Below are positions 23,692 through 33,124 of a stretch of DNA of 64,000 nucleotides, in pieces; positions within the stretch are counted from its first letter, which is position 1, and the number at the start of each line of letters is the position of its first letter. This stretch comes from Thecamonas trahens ATCC 50062 (taxonomy: Eukaryota; Protista; Apusomonadida): assembly GCF_000142905.1 (NCBI RefSeq), contig NW_013657678.1, forward strand, positions 496,001 through 560,000. The letters run 5' to 3'. A program made the position numbers and the translations under genes. Below the pieces are notes generated by a model. The model made no database searches and had not been told where the DNA came from. It worked only from the letters and a program-made list of their open reading frames with translations.

Positions 23692-25578
23692 ATGTTCGGA
23701 GTGGCCCTGCTCGAAAGCAGCGGAGTGCCGTACCTGGTTCAACTCATCACGCGGTTCCTTCTCAAACATGGCCTCGACAAGCGCGGGTTGTTTGAGGTCG
23801 TGCCCAACTCGTCGTCGCTCGCCGCACTGGTGGCAGAGCTGACTCGCATTGGGGAAGCCTCTGCTGAGGATCAGAGGGCAAAACTGCAAACTCTTTTTTC
23901 TGCGTCTGAAAAACTGGATGGCCGTGCCTCAGGCTCCGAGGCCGACTTGGTATTGGACAGACAATGCTCGACATCGACGGCCTCGCTCGGCAGCCGTCAC
24001 TCCAGCGGCGATGTCGACGATCAGTGGCTCATCCCTGGCAAGCCGGCCTTTACGGTTGCCGGCCTGTTGCGGTACTACCTCGACCATCTGCCCGAACCGG
24101 TCATTCACTCGTCGCTCTACGCGCGGCTTGTCAAGCTTGGCTCCGAGTGCCAAGAGGCCAAGTCCGCGGTCTCCGAGGCGACCGGCGAGGCGCTCTCGTC
24201 GCGCGCTCGCGAGACCATGGTGCTCAACGAGCTCGGCATGATCCTCCGCATCGGCCTCCCGTGGTCGCACCTCAAGACGCTGCAAGTCATTGTCATGCTC
24301 CTGGCTAGGGTCGCTGACAATGCCTCGGTCAACTCGATGTCATCGACGTCACTGGCGGTCGCGCTCGGCCCGGCCCTTCTCCGCCCGCCGGCCTTGGCCA
24401 CCGTCACTCACACGCGCTTTGAGCCCGAGTACCTGTTGCAGATCCCGGCCGTTGTCCGCATCATCACCCTTCTCATCGACCACGCGCGCCAGCCGGGCCT
24501 CTTTGACGTCGCGGCGCCGAGCCAGGCATTGCCAGCGGCCGAACTCGACAGCGCTGATGCGTCGGGTGATGGCGACGCTGCCGACGCATCCGCGACGCTC
24601 GAGGCCGAAAAGGCTCGGGTCAAGGCTCGTGCGGCAGCAGCGGTAGCAGCTGCCCGGCCGGCGACCGAATCCACAAAGCCGCAGCCCAAGTTCAATCTCA
24701 GCGCGTCGCAGACGCGAGTGTTTGAGACTTGGCGCGCTCAGCGCGACGCCCAGTTTGCCGCCGAGTCGGATATGGCCCGACCGAGCTCGGTCAAGCAGTT
24801 TGCGCTCTCGCTCAGCGTCCTTGGCCGCCGCAATGTGGCGCTGGGTGTCGACCCGGTCCCACTCCCGCTCCGCGTTGCCTTTGACTACCTCGAGAACACC
24901 GGCGAGCTCCTCACCACCGCAGACCTCTTTGATCACGACCTTGTCTTTATCCGCGGCTCCATCGAGGCCGCTGTGGCCGAGCTGGACGCCTCGCGCAAGC
25001 CTCAGTGGACGCTTGCCGACACTGACCCTCACATCCCTGCTGGCGTCGTCCTGCACTTTTTCCGCCACTTGCCGGAGCCACTCTTACCCGACTCGTCGCA
25101 CAAGCTGCTCTCGGTCGCGCTCAACGCTCTTGTCCTCTCTGCTTCTCAGGCTACTGTCCCCGAGTCGCCGCGGTCCAACACGCTTGACGTCCACGCACTT
25201 GGTCAGATCCGCTCGGTCATTGCCAATCTACCGCCCATCAACGTGCAGGTTGTCCGCTACATGGTGGACAAACTCACGAGCTTCCTCGCAGCCGAAGAGA
25301 GCCACGGCGTGACCCTCGAACGGCTCGCCAAGGTCTTTGGCCCGCTCTGGTTCCAGGGTCCACCCACATCGTCATCTCGCGCCTCACGCACCGAAGCCTT
25401 TGCCCTTCACTCACACACCGTTGTCAAGGTCCTCCTCCTCCTCTCTGACTACATCCTCTCCCCCGTCGAACCACCGCCGCCTGCACCTGCTGACCAGGAC
25501 CACGCAGTGGCTCTCACCGACCTACATCGCTCCATCGCCAATCACCTCCAAGCCGTCCGCCAGCAAATGGCCCGCTAG
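23692..25578 (+). CDS. tandem RhoGAP-domain protein, both domains apparently lacking the arginine finger
   Basis: Domain 1: VPYLV...HGLDKRGLFEV...VAGLLRYYLDHLPEPVI...NSMSSTSLAVALGPALLRP. Domain 2: VPLPL...FDYLE...DPHIPAGVVLHFFRHLPEPLL...LPPIN...LAKVFGP. Confidence 0.85.
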   Translation: MFGVALLESSGVPYLVQLITRFLLKHGLDKRGLFEVVPNSSSLAALVAELTRIGEASAEDQRAKLQTLFSASEKLDGRASGSEADLVLDRQCSTSTASLGSRHSSGDVDDQWLIPGKPAFTVAGLLRYYLDHLPEPVIHSSLYARLVKLGSECQEAKSAVSEATGEALSSRARETMVLNELGMILRIGLPWSHLKTLQVIVMLLARVADNASVNSMSSTSLAVALGPALLRPPALATVTHTRFEPEYLLQIPAVVRIITLLIDHARQPGLFDVAAPSQALPAAELDSADASGDGDAADASATLEAEKARVKARAAAAVAAARPATESTKPQPKFNLSASQTRVFETWRAQRDAQFAAESDMARPSSVKQFALSLSVLGRRNVALGVDPVPLPLRVAFDYLENTGELLTTADLFDHDLVFIRGSIEAAVAELDASRKPQWTLADTDPHIPAGVVLHFFRHLPEPLLPDSSHKLLSVALNALVLSASQATVPESPRSNTLDVHALGQIRSVIANLPPINVQVVRYMVDKLTSFLAAEESHGVTLERLAKVFGPLWFQGPPTSSSRASRTEAFALHSHTVVKVLLLLSDYILSPVEPPPPAPADQDHAVALTDLHRSIANHLQAVRQQMAR

Positions 25579-25809
25579 TTGAAAGAGTTGCCAACTATTC
25601 GATCAACAAACACATCAACCTGTCCGCCATCCACACCAAGACCTGCCCGCCCCCCTGCCGTACATGTCAGGTCACCGCATCAATGGGCAAGTCACGCCGT
25701 TTCTTCCACCACCGGTTGGCCATAAAACTTGCAAATGCGACAGAATGCCACACCACTGAACGCACCCCCCCCTCCCCCCCCCCCCCTCTCTTTCCCCACC
25801 TCGCCCTCT

Positions 25810-28800
25810 ATGGCGGCAACTAAGCGGCTTTGTGCAGCCGAGGTGGAAGCGGTCGTACTTGTAGAAGAGGTTAATCACTTGTATATGCCCCCGTTTGTAG
25901 CCTGTGAACAGGAGAGTCATTCCAGCACGTGTGGTGGTGGTGGTGGTGGTGGTGGTGGTCAGGTTGGCCTCGATCATGGCAGAGACGACGACGACACGCT
26001 TGTGCCACCCTCCACCTCCTCCAAGCCCACCACACCCACGCTCACCACTAGCAATCCTCTCCTGTCTTCTCCCTTTACAACCTCGGAAAACTTGTTTGGT
26101 TTCACTCGTCACCCACATGCTTGCATCCTCGCACGGGCATGGTACAACAAGTGGCGCAACTCGGTCAGCTCGGCTCTCTTTGCTCCAAACTCACATCTGG
26201 CCGCTTCGTTGCCTCCAGAGTTGATGGCAAGAGCAAAGAGAGTCTTTCGCTCAGAGGCCGAGCTCGCTGCGGCAGAGGCCTCATCCTCTGCTGCTGCTGC
26301 TGCGGTTGCCGCACCTGCGCACTCGGCTGCAAAGCTCCGATCTTCGACGGCGTCGTCCTCTTCGTCTGCAGCGGCAGAGCTTGGTCTTGCTCCGGGCCCC
26401 GGGCCGATCTCCAACAAGATGCTTCTTGATCCCAAGGCCGAGTTCAAGGCCATCAAGGCCCTGCCGGCAGGCTCAGCCATCACCGACTTTGTGGTCGTCA
26501 TCTCGGCCGAGATCTGGGAGCTGCTCGCCAACACATACGGCGGTGGACCAAAGATTGTCCAGCTCATTTCGCCCGACCACAAGCTCAACGTATTTGCCGT
26601 CAATCCGGTGGTTACCGAGCCTTGGAGCTCTTCCGCTACTCCATGTGACACTCTCGCCGAGTCAACTGCCGCCGACGCCGAACCTGCCGAGGGACCGTCG
26701 ATTGCGCTCCGCGTGGCATCGATCCTCGGCACCACTGGATCAGCACTCGAGGCGTCGCTCGTGGCCTTTGTCCAGCCGCGAACCATGCTCCTCACCACCT
26801 TTTTGGGTTTTATTGTCTCGCACTTCTTCCCGGACATAGCCTTTGACTTTTCGGCGCTACAGCAGTTTGAGACAACTGCCGAGGCGCTCGACGCTCTGGC
26901 CGCTGGAGCGCCGCCAGGCTTTGTTGCCTACCGGTTCCCCGAGTCGTTTACTGGCGTCGACGATGTCTCCGACCTCTCACCGGCGTCTCTCGCAGACGTC
27001 GTCGACCAGCTCGCGCCTGATGGCGGCGCGAGCGGTAATGCCTTTGCCTCCCTCACCCTCGACGCGCTCTGCAGCGACGGCGACTATGTTGTTCTCCGAG
27101 CCTCGGCGCCGCAGCTCCCAGTCACCGTCATCACTACCATCATGACTGAGCTCCTCGCGCCTGTCCAGCGCACGCTAGCCGCCATCGAGAGTCTCAAGGA
27201 CGCCCCCACCCGGCATGCGGCTATGGACGAGCTGGCCCAGCTCTGGGCGTCGACGGTCGAGGCCGAAGCGCAGCACAGCAGCCGTGCCGAGGCAGTGACG
27301 CCGACGTCGTCGGGCCTCTCTACCCCGACCGCAGCTGGCCGTAAGACCTCACTTGTTGTGGACCTCAACCAGCTCGCCACGCAGCTTGCGCCCGTCTCCG
27401 ACTCGCCGCCGCCTGCGCCGCTCGAGATCACCGCGCCCAACTCGGTTGAGTGCATCCAAAAGTCGATTGTCTTTGGCCTTCTCCTCGCCTCGTCGAACAC
27501 CCACTGGACGCCTGCGCTCGAGCACAAGTTTACCCAGGCCTCGGCTTCGTACGCGCTCATCAAGTTCATTGACCTCTTCCGCACCACGCCCTCGTTCGCC
27601 GGCGCGTTCTCTGCCACACTACAGCCGCCAAATCTTCGCCACCTGCACTGGTTCCTCTCGTCGCCGGCTATCGACGTCCGCCAGATCGCACTCATCTTTG
27701 TCGAGGTGGTCTCGCGGCGCGTGGCCTCTTTCCGCTACCTCGGCCAGTACGTCCCGGTTGTCTACAAAGACCTTGTTCTTGCCTTTCTCGCCGACGCCTC
27801 GTCCGGCGCCGGTGCCATCCTCCACCAGGCCACCATCAGCCGCCTCGCCGCCGCCATGCCCGACGCCAAGTGGGGCCAGCTGTACTCGTCAATGGTGACC
27901 CCCGGCGTCAACCTGCTCGATCCTCTTGGCATTTTTGAGCGTTCGCCGCTCCATACCCAGACTGCTGTACCACCGGATCAGATGCTCCTCGCGGACGAGG
28001 CGCAGTCTGCGCTTGAACCGGCAAAGCCCGCGACGGCGTTTGCTACTCTCGACGCGCCGCACACGGTTCGCACGCTCCGCTTTATCCACGTCAACACCGA
28101 CTGGACGTCGGTCAAGAATGATGGCACGACGCCGGGCCTTGCGCCCAGCCCGCGTCTCGACGGACCTGAGGCGCGAAGCCGGACCCGCGCCATGACCACC
28201 TCGGGATCCAACTGGTTCTCTGCTGCCGAAAACGTCTCACGCGAGCAGCAGGCTGCAGTAGTGACCGACTACATTGCGCTGCTCGACAAGCCGGCTGTGC
28301 CATCCAGCAGTGCCAGCAGCGATGTGGCCCATTCGCCGTCGCGATCGTTGGCCTCTGTCTTTCTCCCACCGACTGATGAAGGAGATGGCCTCACCAAGCC
28401 CAAGCTCGAGGCTTCGGCCGTGGCCGACCTTGCCGACGCGGTTCTCGCCGAGTTTGACCTCGACCACTTTGGGCCCGACGGCGAGGTCCCCAGCTCGGAC
28501 CACCCTATCATGCCGTTTCTGGCCTCGGTCTACACTCGGCAGTGGCAGCTTGTCGGGCGTGTGCGGAAGCGAGCCGCTGTGGTCCAAGCCCAGCTCGACG
28601 AGGTGGCTATGGCGAAATCGAACCGAGCAAAACTCCTCGACAGCGTCGGCCCTGGCGAGAGCCTCCCACCTCGGGCTGCAACCAAGGTGAAGCAACTCGA
28701 ACGCAAGATCAAGATCCGACAGAACAAGCTGTTGAAGGCCGAGGGAGCGCTCGAAGAGACACGGACCGAGCTGGAGGCTGTGTCCTGGCAGACGCAGCTG

Positions 28801-31800
28801 CTGCAGCTCATTGGGCTCATGTACGCGCTTGTCCATGAGAACAAGCGCGACGACGACGACTCGTCGATCCAGGCCGAGCACGACAAGTGGCGCGCTGCGC
28901 TGTTCAAGCTGGCGTCATCGGTGGTTGAGGCCGCCACTTACGTCGGCATGGTCGGGCTCATGAAGGCCGGCAAGTCGTCGACCATCTCGGGCTTGGTCGG
29001 GGTTGACGTCTGCCCGTCACGGGCGTCGGCCATGACCGTCATCCCCACGGTCATTACTCATGTCCAAGGCAAGGCCGTCCCGACGCTCACCCTCCCACCC
29101 GGCACAGTCAAGGCACTCAACAAGTCGCTTGACATGATCCGCCACGCACTGAGCCACCGGGCCGAGGCAACGCGGGCAGTAGCGCTGGGCCACACCGGCC
29201 TGGAGCTGGTCCTTGACTCGGCACCGGAGCTTGTGTTTGACTCGGAGCCAGTGGCCGGCGTCGACAACGTGCTCTCGCGCTTGGTGCTGGCCAACGACAC
29301 TCTGCGGCTGGTTGAGATGCTCGACGTCGACGGGCCCAACCCGCTCGAGTCGATTGCCGACCTCGCTGACTTGCCGCTCATCGAGCTCGAGTTTGCGGTC
29401 ATGGCCCAGACCGGCATGTTTGGCCGGCTGTCGTTCATCGACTCGCCAGGCCCGAACGAGTTTGGTATGGACATGCTGTCGGACGTGCTGCGGCGGACGC
29501 TGCGGCAGGCCTCCATCATTGCTATTGTTCTCAACTACGCCTCGCTCCAGTCTTCGGCGCAGGCCAACATCAACTCGATCATCTCGGACATCACCGCCGA
29601 TTTGCAGCAGGAGATCTACGTGTTTGTCAACAAGTTTGACCAGCGCAACATCCGGTCTGGCGACATGGACGAGGACGAAGTCAAGGCTTTTGTCGCTCAA
29701 AACCTGTTTGGCACGCCCAAGTTGCAGCCTGGTCCGAGCTCGCCGGCGAGCGGATCCGGCGAGACCGGCTCTGGCACGCCAGGTGCTGCGGCTGCTGCTA
29801 CGGCTCCCTCCGGCGCCACACCTCCTGCGTCACCACCGGGGGCACAAAGCCACATTCCGCGGATCAAGCCGCAGAACGTGTTTGCGGTCTCGGCCAAGTA
29901 CGCGCAGTACGCCAACACGGCACGGCAGTACCTGTCGTCGTTTGCGCTTGCGGCAGCCGAGGCAGCCGAAGCAGCCGAGGCGAGTCGGGCGGCCAGTTCG
30001 GAGGCTGGCGAGCTGTTGCCGTCGGCTACCGGAAGCGCGACCGGTGACGAGAGCGGGAGCGACTCGGACTCGATCCAGATCTCGTCGGATGACGACGGGT
30101 CCGACCTAGCCGAGCTGGGGAGCGAGGTTGGGAGTGGTGTGGGCGATGACGGATCGTGTTGTGGCTCGTCGTCGTCGGAAGACCTCGGGTTGGTCGAGGT
30201 GCCATCGCCAGACGTGTACCCATGGGTCAAGGACTTTGCGCGGATTGCTTGGGGCGAGACGTGGACGGACGACGTGGTGTATCCGAAGATGGTGGAGGAA
30301 AACGATATTGGGTCGTTCCAGGAGGGCGTGGAGGCTGTGTGGCACAACTCGCGGCTCAACGAGCCGCTCGAGTCCATGCTCCGGCATTGCTACACCAACG
30401 CCGGCATCATCTCGTTGCGGCAAGCGCTGGTCGAGATGTCGCTGGTGTGCAAGGCGTTTGTTCAGGATGTACATGTGCAGCTCTCAACGGTGGCAGCGTC
30501 TGTGGAGAACCTTGAGTCTTTTCTCGTCACTTCGGCCACAACGCTCGAGGTCATCCGCGAAGCAGTCAACGAGATCAAGCACTTTGCGTACTCGCAGGCG
30601 TCTGCGCGGCTACCGTCACTCATTGCCGACGCCATCTCGGTGACGTCGCTCTCGCTGATGACCGATCCTGCGCAGATTCTGGATCTTGTGGATGCTGAGC
30701 TGGCGTCGCCGGACCGTGTACCCGGCACGCTCGAGGCCAAGGTGGTGCGGGCCAGGTTTGAAGCCATCTTTGATTCTCGCAAGCGTGCGCGGACGTCGGC
30801 CGGCTCTGTGCCCGACAATGTCAAGTTTGCGTCGCAGGAGCAGGCAAGCGAGTTTGTTGACTTTATGACGCACGTCTTCAAAGTGGCGTCTCTCAACATC
30901 CAGTCTGCATTGGTCTCCAAGCTTCTTTCGGGCGCGCGCGGCATCATTTCCGAGATCGAGGCCAAGGTCAAGGAGGTACTCGAGCCGCACCTGCTGGCGT
31001 ACCAGAACGACGTGCAAAAGGTGCTTGAGCTCTCGATTGTGTTCCCTGAGCTTGAGACGCCCGAGCTCGAGTCGTTCGCCCACGACATCCAGACGCACAC
31101 GCTGCGGACGCTGGACAAGTCGTCGACGCGCAAGTTTGCGGTCTTTGGCTGTTCAAATACATCCCGGTACCGTCTCTCCGCAAGTCGTCTGCGTACGAGG
31201 TGTCTGGGCGAGTGATCAAGGACGCGTTTGAGGCTGGCTTGCAGCGGGTAGCCGAGGCGACGATGGACTCGGCCGAGTCGATGTCGGAGATGTTCCAGGC
31301 CAAGGTCGATGAGTACGGATCGCGTGTGGAGCGCGAGCTGTACCGGTTGATGTATCGCATCAAGCAGACGGTCGACAATAAGCGGTCAGCACACGACCAC
31401 TCTGTCATTGTGCAACAGTCGTGCGAGGAGATGCTGTGGAAGTACAACCAGCTGGTGACTCGCCGAAAGACGCTGCTGCAGGCGCTGGAGGCCCGACTGC
31501 TGGCTACCGGGTCGTTTTCGGCCATTCAGGGCGAGGGTGGTGCCGGGCGGGCCGACGTTGGAGCCGCGGTACCGTCGTCGTCGGTCCTCTCGCCCAAGTC
31601 GTTTGAGCCGTCCGAGTCGGTCATTGCGCTGCAGCTGTTCGAGGAGATTGCCGTGGGCGTTCCGCATGGAGCAGGTGACGGCGATGGAGCAGGCGCCGAC
31701 GCGCTGGGCACAAGCAAGAGCAGCGGCGCGCAGCCAAGCCAGGCGCCGTTGATGGTGACGCCGGCGTCGGCGCTAGCGAGCGTCGAGCCAGTCCAAGTGC

Positions 31801-32630
31801 TCGAACCGCTGGGTGACTCGATTCTCGGTGTGCTGTACCATGGCTTGTACCGCGGCGCCAAGGTTGCCGTCCGCAAGGTGGCGGCGGAGAGCCCAGTCGA
31901 GCACGCGGCGGCAGTGAGCAGTGCCAGTGGCCTCTGCACCGTGGCAAACTCGTCGCTGGTTCCGGTGCTCGGCTACTCTGAGACGTGCCCAACCGCGGTG
32001 TATGTGGTGTACGAGTTTTCGCATGCCTCGCCGCTCTCGGTCCTCATCCGAAAGGAGGGCGGCCTACTCGACGAGATGGATGAGCGGGTCTCGATTCTGC
32101 ATGACGTGGTGTGCGCGGTTGCAGCGCTGCACAAGGCCGGGCGAGTGCACGCCAATCTCAACCTGGGCAACGTTCTTGTCCAGCGGTCGCGGCGGGGTCA
32201 GGTGACTGGCGCATACCTGACATCGAGCGCTGTACTGGTGCCGACCAAGCTCGACGCGTTTGAGCGGCAAGTCATGCGTGGCAAGCACATGTACTACCCA
32301 CCAGAAATCCTCGCGACATGGATGAGCGGCGAGAGTGTCGAGGCCACGGCATGGACTCAAGCAGCGGACGTTTACGCGCTCGGAGTCCTCGCTTATGAGC
32401 TCTTTACCGGTATTGCGCTGGCGGAGCATGCGCAGCACTTTACGCCCGAGGCGCTGGTGGCCGGAACCCGGCCGATGTTCCCGCAGGGCTTTGTCGATGA
32501 TCATCCAGGAGTGGGTGACCTTGTAGAGGCCTGCTGGGACGCCGACGCCGCAAAGCGGCCTGACTGCACCTCGGCACTGCAGCTGCTCAAGACCATGCAG
32601 TTTACGGTTGCGTTTGATCGGGTGTTTTAA
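25810..32630 (+). CDS. DUSP(-UBL)-helical-CrfC/YjdA-type dynamin-like GTPase-pseudokinase, paralog A, ~2273 aa; 1-nt frameshift at 31144-31146
   Basis: DUSP (WYNKW...PGPISN...WELLANTYGGGP). G1 GLMKAGKSS, G3 DSPGPNE, G4 NKFD. One added T gives KFAVFWLFKYIPVP, matching paralog B, and joins ORF 31200-32630 (kinase fold). Confidence 0.85.
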
Positions 32631-33124
32631 CTCCGGCCAACTAGCGTCCTGCCTGCGACTGGATTTGGGCAGTCGGCGTGCACTAGCACAGAAATGAACT
32701 GATGACATCTTCAAACAACGTTACAGTGTTGCTAGCCGAGCGGGATCGACGAGTCTTGAGAAATCGTCGCACCTGCTTCCCTGGCCTCCAGGACCAGCAG
32801 CATCGTGCCAATCGGCACGGTATTCTCCGTGCATACGAGCAATCATCGTCAGCTCGTATGTGCGTGATTTAGGACTATAATTGTGCGCGAGAGGTGTCCG
32901 TCGTCGCCATCGCGCATCGTCATCGAAGGGTGGGCGGGTGGGTTCCAGCTCCGTCGGAGCCGACTGTGTCGACGCCATCGGAGCTATTAGCAAAGCAAGG
33001 TGCCAGCCGCTTCGCTTTGCAAGGTGCCAGCCGACGGCGAGTGCCAACGACTCGCAGCAGTTGCAGTGGCGCTTGATGCAGGGTTTCTCAACAATGTGCA
33101 GGCGGGGCTCGCCGAAGAAGCGCA

